Virus record (IMG/VR): IMGVR_UViG_3300045988_069864
Source: a virus
Direction: 5' to 3' (one strand)
Length of the DNA stretch: 64,000 nucleotides
Below the pieces are notes generated by a model. That model searched no databases. It was given only the letters and a program-made list of their open reading frames with translations, and was not told the origin of the DNA. The position numbers and the translations under genes are program-made. Below are positions 16,692 to 25,264 of this stretch, in pieces (the first letter of the stretch is position 1; every line of letters starts with the position of its first letter).

Positions 16692-18095
16692 ATGAGTAAC
16701 AGTCCTTTGGTTGTTTATACAAAAATCAGTCCTAACCGAAATAGTCCTCGTAATCGGCCGATTCGTAAGATCACCATTCATCACATGGCCGGTAATCTGA
16801 GTATTGAGCGATGTGGTGAAGTATTTGCACCGGTTAGTCGCCAAGCTTCTAGTAATTATGGTATTGGTACTGACGGCCGAATCGGAATGTATGTTGAAGA
16901 GAAGGATCGTGCTTGGACAAGTTCTAGTCCGGAGAATGATCATCAGGCTATCACGATCGAAGTGGCTAATGATGAGATTGGTGGGCAGTGGCATGTTTCT
17001 GACAAAGCTATGGTCTCTCTGATTAACTTGTGTGCCGACATTTGTAAACGCAATGGTATCAAGAAGCTGAACTATACCGGCGACAAATCTGGTAACTTGA
17101 CGATGCATTGTTGGTTTGCAAATACTCTTTGTCCAGGTCCGTATTTGAAGAGTAAATTCCCTTATATCGCCGAAGAAGTGAACAAGCGTCTTGGCCAGAG
17201 TTCTGCAAATCAAACCGGAACTCAAGCCGCTGATTTGGGAAGCCTGTCTGAAGAGGCGATCATATCTAAAATCGGCCCGTTGTTTACTGCCGATCAGAAG
17301 AAGACTGGCGTTCTGGCATCTGTATCTATGGCTCAGTTTATTCTTGAATCCGCTTATGGCAAAAGCGAGCTTGCTAAGAATGCTAACAACTGTTTTGGCA
17401 TGAAGACTCAGTTGTCCGGTAATACTTGGTCGGGTTCTACTTGGGACGGAAGTGTTTATATCAAAGAAACTAAAGAGTTTACGAATGGCACATATACGAC
17501 CATCACTGCAAATTTTCGTAAGTATTCGTCCATTGAAGATTCTATTGCCGACCATTCTGCATATTTGCTTGGCGCTATGAACGGTTCCAAGAAGCGTTAT
17601 GAAGGTTTGAAAGGTGAACCTAATTATAAGAAAGCTGCTCAGCTGATTAAGGATGGCGGTTATGCAACATCACCTACTTATGTCGAGAACCTTTGCAAAG
17701 TGATCGAAAAATGGAATCTTACCAAATACGAATGTAAACAGACAGAAAGTGAGTCTAGTGATATGGCATTTCCTAATGTCCCGTTTGCGGTAACGGTACT
17801 TGTAAACGATTTGAACTATCGTTCGGAGCCTTCTATGAAGGGGGCTGTTAAGGGTCAGACTGGTAAAGGCATCTTCACGATTGTCAAAGTTTCCGATGGT
17901 TGGGGTAAACTCAAATCTGGTGTTGGTTGGATTTGGCTTGGAAACAGTGACTATTGCACTTTTGAAAAGCCTGCCGCTCCTAAATCTATTTGGGACACTA
18001 ACGGACCATGGCGAATTGAAGGCGCTACTGGTACTGATAAAACTGCGTTGAAAGAAGTATGTGAGAAATACGGTCTTAAGGTGACGTCTATCTAA
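16692..18095 (+). CDS. bifunctional peptidoglycan hydrolase: N-acetylmuramoyl-L-alanine amidase + glucosaminidase + SH3-like domain
   Basis: 'ITIHHMAGNLS...HQAITIEVAN' is Amidase_2-like. 'ASVSMAQFILESAYGKSELAKNANNCFGMK' is glucosaminidase/FlgJ-like. 'GIFTIVKVSDGWGKLKSGVGWIWL' is SH3-like. Confidence 0.85.
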   Translation: MSNSPLVVYTKISPNRNSPRNRPIRKITIHHMAGNLSIERCGEVFAPVSRQASSNYGIGTDGRIGMYVEEKDRAWTSSSPENDHQAITIEVANDEIGGQWHVSDKAMVSLINLCADICKRNGIKKLNYTGDKSGNLTMHCWFANTLCPGPYLKSKFPYIAEEVNKRLGQSSANQTGTQAADLGSLSEEAIISKIGPLFTADQKKTGVLASVSMAQFILESAYGKSELAKNANNCFGMKTQLSGNTWSGSTWDGSVYIKETKEFTNGTYTTITANFRKYSSIEDSIADHSAYLLGAMNGSKKRYEGLKGEPNYKKAAQLIKDGGYATSPTYVENLCKVIEKWNLTKYECKQTESESSDMAFPNVPFAVTVLVNDLNYRSEPSMKGAVKGQTGKGIFTIVKVSDGWGKLKSGVGWIWLGNSDYCTFEKPAAPKSIWDTNGPWRIEGATGTDKTALKEVCEKYGLKVTSI

Positions 18096-18106
18096 CGGAG
18101 GGTCAA

Positions 18107-18484
18107 ATGATCACATTTAGACAAAAGGGTGACTTTTCTAAGTTAACTCAATACTTGGAAAGAGTAAAGGGGGTCGTTAAATTAAGTCAACTTGATAAAT
18201 ACGGCCAACAAGGTGTAGCTGCCCTTTCGTCTGCGACACCAGTTGATTCAGGATTGACGGCTACTTCTTGGTATTATAAGGTCGAACATCAAAATGGTTC
18301 GACTTCGATTAATTTCTATAATTCGAATACGAACAAAGGGGTCAACATCGCCATCATTTTACAGTATGGTCATGGAACTCGCAATGGTGGCTGGGTTCAG
18401 GGTCGAGATTATATCAATCCTGCAATTCAGCCTATTTTTGATAAGATCGCGAATGATGCATGGGAGGAGGTTACTAAAGTATGA
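18107..18484 (+). CDS. HK97 gp10-family neck/tail component
   Basis: 125 aa. 'GVAALSSATPVDSGLTATSW' is the gp10-family signature. Confidence 0.6.
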   Translation: MITFRQKGDFSKLTQYLERVKGVVKLSQLDKYGQQGVAALSSATPVDSGLTATSWYYKVEHQNGSTSINFYNSNTNKGVNIAIILQYGHGTRNGGWVQGRDYINPAIQPIFDKIANDAWEEVTKV

Positions 18485-21400
18485 GTCGAACAATTGATGA
18501 AAAAATTGTATCGATGCAATTCGACAATAAACAGTTTGAAAGCAATGTTAAGACGAGTCTGTCCACTTTGGATAAACTTAAGCAAAGTTTGAAATTGGAC
18601 GGAGCTTCTAAAGGTCTTGAGAATGTTAGCTCTGCAGCTAAAAGTTTCGATATGTCTCCTATGGGTAATGGCATCGAAATGGTCCAGGCTAAATTTTCAG
18701 CTTTGGAGGTTATGGCTGTAACCGCCCTTGCAAATATTACTAATTCCGTGGTCAATGCCGGTAAAAAGTTGGTTTCTGCTATAACAATTGAACCAATCAA
18801 AAGCGGTTTCCAAGAATATGAGACACAGATGAATGCCGTTCAGACCATTTTAGCTAATACGCAAAAAGAAGGTACGAACGTTAAAATTGTAAATGCGGCA
18901 CTCGATGATTTGAATCATTATGCTGATAAGACGATCTATAACTTTACTGAGATGACTCGTAACATCGGCACCTTTACTGCTGCTGGCGTTAAGTTGGATA
19001 CATCAGTATCGGCAATTAAGGGTATTGCTAACCTCGCAGCTGTATCGGGATCTAGTTCTCAGCAGGCGTCTACGGCTATGTATCAGCTATCACAGGCAAT
19101 TGCTTCCGGTACTGTAAAACTTATGGACTGGAACTCGGTTGTTAATGCCGGTATGGGTGGTCAGGTATTTCAGGATGCTCTTATTAGAACATCTGAACAT
19201 CTGAAGACTGGTGCAAATGCTGCGATTAAGGCGAAAGGCTCTTTCCGAGAGTCTTTGCAAGAAGGATGGCTTACAACTGAAGTTCTTACTCAAACTTTGG
19301 ACCAATTTGCAACCGCTGCAGATACTCAAGAAGAGTATGAAGCTGCTGTTAAGAAGTTTGTTGACCAAGGGTATACTCAAGAAGAAGCAAAGCAGATGGC
19401 CAATATGGCTAGAACGGCTGGCGATGCTGCTACTAAAGTTAAAACCTTCTCTCAGCTTATTGATACCTTGAAGGAAGCTCTTGGTTCTGGTTGGACTGAG
19501 AGTTGGCGACTCATAATTGGTGACTTTGAGGAAGCAAAAGAATTATGGACACAAGCTTCTGATTATTTTAGCGAAGCAATCAATAAATCTTCGGATGCTC
19601 GTAATGAATTGATAAAAGCTTGGGCTGATGGTGGCGGACGTGAAATGGGCATCGAGGCCATCAAAAATGCATTCGATGCTCTTCTTAGAATAGTCAAACC
19701 AATCAAAGAGGCTCTTAGCGAGGTATTTCCTCGAGTAACATCTGATCAACTGCTCAAAATCACTAAAAGTATTAAAGACTTCACAGAAAAATTGAAGATA
19801 AGCGATGAGACCGCAGATAAACTTAAGAGAACATTCAAGGGCGTCTTTTCTGTCTTTGATATTTTCAAAAAAGTGCTAGGGACTGTCGGAAAAGCTATTG
19901 CAAGTCTCCTCGGTTCGGATGGTGTATCTAGTCTTGGCAGTTTCCTTCTCGATATTACGGCAAGTATTGGTGACTTCTTGACCTCGCTTAATGAGGGTTT
20001 TAGTACAGATGGCATTTCTGGAATCATTTCGAAAGCTGTTTCCGGGATATCTAATGCTCTAAAGGGAGCAGTCAGCGGTCTTGGCAGTTTTGGGGACATG
20101 CTCTCATCAGTAGGAAGCACTATCACTACTGTTGCCGGTAAAATCTGGGAAGCTCTTAAAGGCTTTTTTGGATGGCTTACCGAAAATATGTCTTTCAAAG
20201 GAATTTTGAGTGCTATTGCCGGAATATTCGGAGTTTTAACTGGTAAAAAGCTGTATAACGCCGCATCCGGTGTTCAAGAGTTCATTCAGAAAATATTTGA
20301 TAAGAGTGGATTCAAGCAGATGGGTATCAAAGAGAAAATCAGTGATTTGCTTAATTCGGTACACGATTCTCTTCAATCGTTCACTAGTGGAATTAAGGTG
20401 TCGTCGCTTCTTGCAATTGCAGCTGCCATCGGAATTCTTGCTGCATCCATGAATACTATAGCTAAACTTAAATTCCCAGACGTATTAAAGTCTTTGACCG
20501 CTATCGGCGTTATGTTCAAAATGCTTAGTGTTACACTTGACTCCGTAACCAAATCGTTGTCTAAAAATGGCTCTAAAGGTTTGATCAAAGCCGGTGTATC
20601 GCTTTTACTTATAGCAGAAGCCATTAGTATTTTGGCTAAAGCTATGACCAAAATGGCTGGATTGTCTCTTAAAGAGATTGGTAAAGGTCTTATAGGCATT
20701 GGTGGAGGTCTGGCTGAACTTTGTGCTGGTCTTAAAGTTCTAGACGGTACAAAAGTTTCGCTTCGCACGAGTGTGGCTATGCTTGCGTTGGCTGAAAGCT
20801 GTAAGATTCTTGCAGATGCACTTGAAAAGTTTGGCAAAATGAAATGGGACGAGATCAAGCATGGTCTTGTTGGCATGGGTGGAGCTCTTGCTGAACTCGT
20901 CATCTCTCTTGGAGTGTTGAATAAATTTGGTGGTGGCGGTTCTCTTCTTGGAAGCGTCAGTATATTAATCGTGGTTCAATCTCTAAAGAAAATGGCTGAC
21001 GGTCTTAAGAGCTTTGGCGACATGAAATGGGATGAGATCAAACGTGGTCTTGCCGGCATGGGCGGAGCTCTTGCTGAATTGAGTGTAGCTGTTGGAGCTC
21101 TTGGCAAATTTTCTGGATTCTCTGGTGTTCTTGGATCGGTATCGATTCTTCTTGTTGTACAGTCTCTACAGAAAATGGCAGATGCATTCAAAGATTTCGG
21201 TAGTATGTCCTGGGATGAGATCAAACGTGGTCTTGCCGGCATGGGCGGAGCATTAACCGAAGTCGGTGTCATTAGTGGCGCGCTTGGATATTTGACTAAT
21301 TTTGCTGGATTACTTGGTAGTGGCTCACTGCTCTTGGCAATTCAGGGCTTAGGCGATTTAGCCGATGCTTTTAAGAAATTTGGAGAAATGTCTTGGGATG

Positions 21401-23835
21401 AGATCAAACAGGGTCTGGCTGGAATGGCCGGAGCTCTTGGTGAGACTGCTCTCGGCGGTTTGTTAAATACCTTCTCTGGTTTCGGTGCTGCAGCTATAGG
21501 TGAAATGGCTCAACCTTTGGGTGATTTAGCTGATGCGGTCAAGAAATGGAGTGGAGTAACTGTTCCTGAAGGTCTGAGTCTTCAGCTTGGGTCTCTTGCT
21601 AGTGGCGTTAATACTTTTATGTTTTCTGGCATGGGTGCTGACGCCATTGCTACTGCAGCTCCTGGCGTCGGTGCTATGGCCGATGCTGTTAAAAAATGGA
21701 GTGGTGTAACAATACCCGAGGGGATAGGGTCTAGTTTAGGATCGCTTGCTAATGGTGTCAACACTTTTACATTCAGTGGTCTAGGTGCAAGTGCTATTGC
21801 TACGGTAGCTCCTGGAATTGGAACTTTAGCTGATTCTGTTAAAAAATGGAGTGGTGTGACAGTTCCTGAGGGCATTGGCACAAAACTTATGGCTCTTGCT
21901 AATGGCATCAATTCTTTCACATTCAGTGGAATGGGCGCTGGTGCAATCGCTACAGCAGCTCCGGCTATTGGAACGATGGCTGATTCCATTAAAAAGTGGT
22001 CGAACGTTACCATACCAGAGAATATTGGTACTCAACTTAGCGATCTAGCTAATGGTGTTAAAGCGTTTAGCTTTGCATTTATGGGCGGATTGAGTATAGC
22101 TACACTCGTCGAGCCTCTTGGTAATTTGGCTGGTTCTGTTAAGAAATGGAACGGAGTGAAGATTCCCGATACCCTTGGCGATCAACTTGATAAACTCGCC
22201 AGTGGTGTAAAAGCGTTTACGTTCGCTTTCATAGGTGCATGGACGATTGACACACTCGTCGAGCCTCTTGGTAATTTGGCTGGGGCCGTTAAGAAGTGGA
22301 ATGGCGTTAGTATTCCAGAGGGTCTCGGCGATCAGTTATCGACACTTGCTACTGGAGTAAAATCGTTCGCCAATGTTGGTGATATATCTGGTGCAACTTC
22401 CGGTATGAAGACCATTGTTTCCTCGGTAAACACCCTTTCGAGTATTAATTTTGGGACCATATCTGATGGCTTTACGAGTTTAATCACATCCATAACCAAT
22501 CTGAGTGCGGCTGGCCCTATCATTAGTTCGGCAGCTCAACAGATATCGTCGTCGATTTCCAGTTTGATGACCGGTCTTGTTGTGAGTATCGCTTCTAGTG
22601 GTCCGATGATTAGTATGGCATTTTCTAGTGTAATAACTAATGCTTTAAATTCTGTAGTTAGTAATCAGCAATCTTTTTATTTTGCTGGCACGAATGCCAT
22701 ACAGAGTTTCGCTAGTGGTATTACTGCTGGTGGTGGTTCGGTTATGGTGTCTGTATCGGCGTTTGTTAGTATGATTGCGACTAGCATTTCTGGTTGTCAG
22801 GGTCTATTTCAAAATGCTGGTATTATGCTTATGACTCAATTTTATGCTGGTATAAATATAGGCATGAACAATGTTCAGGTGACAGTATCGTCTGCTATTA
22901 CTAGAATCGTATCTTATCTTAATAACAATCAGGGTAGATTCCAAGCTTCTGGTATGATGCTGATGACTCAGTTTAATAGCGCTATACTTTCCGGCAGCAG
23001 CATGGTAATTTCGACGATGAACGTTTTTATTACGCGTCTGCTTACCATGATAACTAATCGGGCTGCTTTGTTCAGCAATGCCGGTAGGATGCTTATGGAA
23101 CGAATGAAACAAGGTATCATGATCGGCGGCGCTGGATTCTCGGCCGCTATAGCATCGATTATTGTCAGTGCCGTGAGTACGATCAATAGTTGCTATCAGT
23201 CTTTCTACAGCGCTGGTGCATATCTGGGTGATGGTTTGATCGATGGTATTGAGTCTAAAGAAACAGAAGCTTATGATGCTGGTTATGCTCTGGGTCAAGC
23301 TGCTGTTCAGGGCGAGAAGGATGGTCAGCAATCCAATTCTCCGTCCAAGCTTACCATTAAAGCTGGTAAATGGATTGGGGAAGGTCTCGTTATTGGCATG
23401 AATCAGATGAGTAAATCTGTATACAAAGCCGGCGAAAATATGGGCGGTTCTGCTGTTGATAGTATTTCTGGTGCATTGGCGCGAGTGTCCAATTCTACTA
23501 AATACGCTATGGATGTTCAACCTACCATTAGACCGGTCGTAGATTTGAGTAACGTTAATGCTATGAATTTCGATCTTGGATCTACCGTCAAATTCTCAAT
23601 GGCTAAACCGATTAACTCTTTGTCTCAAATCGTTACCGATGCACAATCTAGTATTGATGCTAGTAATCGAGAAGTTGTGTCGGCTATTGATGGCTTGCGA
23701 AAAGATCTTTCGGAATTGTATTCTTCCGATGGACAAGAGGTAGCTCTCTACGTTGACTCTAAGAAGCTCGCAAGCTCTATTGCTAAACCCATGAATCGTC
23801 AACTCAATATTCTTTCGAAAAGGGGTGATTACTAA
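18481..23835 (+). CDS. tape measure protein
   Basis: 1784 aa, the largest tail gene. N-terminal TMP-like region, glycine/alanine-rich TM-like segments and two internal repeat families. Confidence 0.9.
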   Translation: MSRTIDEKIVSMQFDNKQFESNVKTSLSTLDKLKQSLKLDGASKGLENVSSAAKSFDMSPMGNGIEMVQAKFSALEVMAVTALANITNSVVNAGKKLVSAITIEPIKSGFQEYETQMNAVQTILANTQKEGTNVKIVNAALDDLNHYADKTIYNFTEMTRNIGTFTAAGVKLDTSVSAIKGIANLAAVSGSSSQQASTAMYQLSQAIASGTVKLMDWNSVVNAGMGGQVFQDALIRTSEHLKTGANAAIKAKGSFRESLQEGWLTTEVLTQTLDQFATAADTQEEYEAAVKKFVDQGYTQEEAKQMANMARTAGDAATKVKTFSQLIDTLKEALGSGWTESWRLIIGDFEEAKELWTQASDYFSEAINKSSDARNELIKAWADGGGREMGIEAIKNAFDALLRIVKPIKEALSEVFPRVTSDQLLKITKSIKDFTEKLKISDETADKLKRTFKGVFSVFDIFKKVLGTVGKAIASLLGSDGVSSLGSFLLDITASIGDFLTSLNEGFSTDGISGIISKAVSGISNALKGAVSGLGSFGDMLSSVGSTITTVAGKIWEALKGFFGWLTENMSFKGILSAIAGIFGVLTGKKLYNAASGVQEFIQKIFDKSGFKQMGIKEKISDLLNSVHDSLQSFTSGIKVSSLLAIAAAIGILAASMNTIAKLKFPDVLKSLTAIGVMFKMLSVTLDSVTKSLSKNGSKGLIKAGVSLLLIAEAISILAKAMTKMAGLSLKEIGKGLIGIGGGLAELCAGLKVLDGTKVSLRTSVAMLALAESCKILADALEKFGKMKWDEIKHGLVGMGGALAELVISLGVLNKFGGGGSLLGSVSILIVVQSLKKMADGLKSFGDMKWDEIKRGLAGMGGALAELSVAVGALGKFSGFSGVLGSVSILLVVQSLQKMADAFKDFGSMSWDEIKRGLAGMGGALTEVGVISGALGYLTNFAGLLGSGSLLLAIQGLGDLADAFKKFGEMSWDEIKQGLAGMAGALGETALGGLLNTFSGFGAAAIGEMAQPLGDLADAVKKWSGVTVPEGLSLQLGSLASGVNTFMFSGMGADAIATAAPGVGAMADAVKKWSGVTIPEGIGSSLGSLANGVNTFTFSGLGASAIATVAPGIGTLADSVKKWSGVTVPEGIGTKLMALANGINSFTFSGMGAGAIATAAPAIGTMADSIKKWSNVTIPENIGTQLSDLANGVKAFSFAFMGGLSIATLVEPLGNLAGSVKKWNGVKIPDTLGDQLDKLASGVKAFTFAFIGAWTIDTLVEPLGNLAGAVKKWNGVSIPEGLGDQLSTLATGVKSFANVGDISGATSGMKTIVSSVNTLSSINFGTISDGFTSLITSITNLSAAGPIISSAAQQISSSISSLMTGLVVSIASSGPMISMAFSSVITNALNSVVSNQQSFYFAGTNAIQSFASGITAGGGSVMVSVSAFVSMIATSISGCQGLFQNAGIMLMTQFYAGINIGMNNVQVTVSSAITRIVSYLNNNQGRFQASGMMLMTQFNSAILSGSSMVISTMNVFITRLLTMITNRAALFSNAGRMLMERMKQGIMIGGAGFSAAIASIIVSAVSTINSCYQSFYSAGAYLGDGLIDGIESKETEAYDAGYALGQAAVQGEKDGQQSNSPSKLTIKAGKWIGEGLVIGMNQMSKSVYKAGENMGGSAVDSISGALARVSNSTKYAMDVQPTIRPVVDLSNVNAMNFDLGSTVKFSMAKPINSLSQIVTDAQSSIDASNREVVSAIDGLRKDLSELYSSDGQEVALYVDSKKLASSIAKPMNRQLNILSKRGDY
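20620..21470 (+). repeat. Tape measure repeat family A (about 180 nt / 60 aa, 4-5 copies)
   Basis: Repeated 'KMADxxKxFGxMxWDEIKxGLxGMGGALxE...LGSxSxLxxxQSL'. Confidence 0.85.
21520..22380 (+). repeat. Tape measure repeat family B (about 120 nt / 40 aa, 6-7 copies)
   Basis: Repeated 'LADxVKKWSGVTxPEGxGxxLxxLAxGVxxFxFSGxGAxAIATxAPxxG'. Confidence 0.85.
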
Positions 23836-24728
23836 TGGGTTATCCGGATTTCCCTAAAAATAGATTGATTGTCGATGGTGCTGATCTATCTGAGACATTT
23901 GGTATGATTTTGGTCGATGGATATACATTAGAGCCTCCTGAACCGAAGCTATACAAAGTTGATGTTCCTGGCGGTGATGGATGTTTGGATTTAACGGAGG
24001 CTATCACAGGAGACGTTTTGTTTTCAAATCGAAAACAAGAATTCGAATTTTATGTGATCGCACCTGAAAACTTTGAAAAAGTAAAGACGAGAGTTACAAA
24101 CTTTCTTCATGGAAAAGCATATGACTATAAAATGACCATGGACCCGGATTATACCTACCATGGTCGTTTTACTGTTTCTAGCTATACACATGAGGCATAC
24201 TCCATAGGAAAAGTTGGAATCATCAAAATAGCAGTCGATAGCGATCCGTACAAATTTAAAAAGCCAATCACCTTATTTGTCGATAATTCATACGGTCAAT
24301 ATCTTACCCTTGAAAGTGGTAGGAAAATAGTCCAACCTACATTCGAGTTTTCTTGTCCGTCCGTAATCATATTTGATAAGTATCGATATGAAGTCGTCGA
24401 AGGTTCTTATAAATTTGAAAATATTTGGTTTACTAGCGGCTATAACAATGTTTACATCGGTCGTGTAGGATTTCAAAGCGCAATGATGTATAGTGATATG
24501 GCATCTTATACATACAGCACGCTAAAAAGTAAATACCGAATTTTTGAATGGTATAAAGGGACTGACGAAGGAAGTGCTAAAAAGACGGCGACATTTGGCG
24601 ACTATGCTAAAGCGGGATCAAATCCTAAGACGTATAGCCAGATGAAGAAAATGATTTCTCGTTTGTATTTGATTGACGACAGCGCTTCGTATCCAACCTA
24701 TATACAATATGATTGGAGGGATTTGTGA
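23835..24728 (+). CDS. distal tail protein (Dit)
   Basis: 297 aa directly after the tape measure. 'GMILVDGYTLEPPEPKLYKVDVPGGDGCLDLTEA' is Sipho_tail-like. Confidence 0.75.
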   Translation: MGYPDFPKNRLIVDGADLSETFGMILVDGYTLEPPEPKLYKVDVPGGDGCLDLTEAITGDVLFSNRKQEFEFYVIAPENFEKVKTRVTNFLHGKAYDYKMTMDPDYTYHGRFTVSSYTHEAYSIGKVGIIKIAVDSDPYKFKKPITLFVDNSYGQYLTLESGRKIVQPTFEFSCPSVIIFDKYRYEVVEGSYKFENIWFTSGYNNVYIGRVGFQSAMMYSDMASYTYSTLKSKYRIFEWYKGTDEGSAKKTATFGDYAKAGSNPKTYSQMKKMISRLYLIDDSASYPTYIQYDWRDL

Positions 24729-25261
24729 TGGGTACAACCACGTCAAAACTTAAACTCACTAAACCGTACGAAAGTGATTATTTTGATATCGGTGTTTTTA
24801 ATGATAACGCTGATAAGATTGATGCTCTTACGCATATCGTTGCTTCTGGTAGCACCACTTCCACTAAGTATGCTATTAATTCCACCAGTACCTCGGATGG
24901 AACGTTTACCTGGTATTACAAGAAGTATGACGATAAAACATTTGAAGCCATGGGTAATTTTACAACGACTAATCTCCGTTGTAATGAATCTTGGGGGGAA
25001 GACGGAACATATATTAGTGGCTATATTCGTATCAAACTTCCTAGTTTGGGAATCAAGTCTATCTATATGAAATCCCTCAACATCGCAGCAAACGGAGCTA
25101 GTGAAACGGGTTATTGTCGCTTCAATTGGACTGTCGACACCACGGAGATTGGTAGCGTTCTTCAGCATGTTGACGTCCGCCTTGCTGGTTTCTCCAATGA
25201 ACCTGTCTCGGAGGCAATCAACAAGACTATTTACATTAGTATTCATGGGACCTGGGGTTAA
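24728..25261 (+). CDS. hypothetical tail-tip/baseplate protein
   Basis: ATG overlaps the Dit stop (TGATG). The N-terminus 'TSKLKLTKPYESDYFDIGVFNDNADKIDAL' resembles fibre-anchor N-termini. Confidence 0.4.
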   Translation: MGTTTSKLKLTKPYESDYFDIGVFNDNADKIDALTHIVASGSTTSTKYAINSTSTSDGTFTWYYKKYDDKTFEAMGNFTTTNLRCNESWGEDGTYISGYIRIKLPSLGIKSIYMKSLNIAANGASETGYCRFNWTVDTTEIGSVLQHVDVRLAGFSNEPVSEAINKTIYISIHGTWG

Positions 25262-25264
25262 TCT

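Noticed and set aside
20620-22380. Regularly spaced DNA repeats that could be mistaken for a CRISPR array
   Set aside because: They are in-frame protein repeats inside the tape measure ORF (120- and 180-nt units). There is no unique-spacer structure and no cas genes are present.
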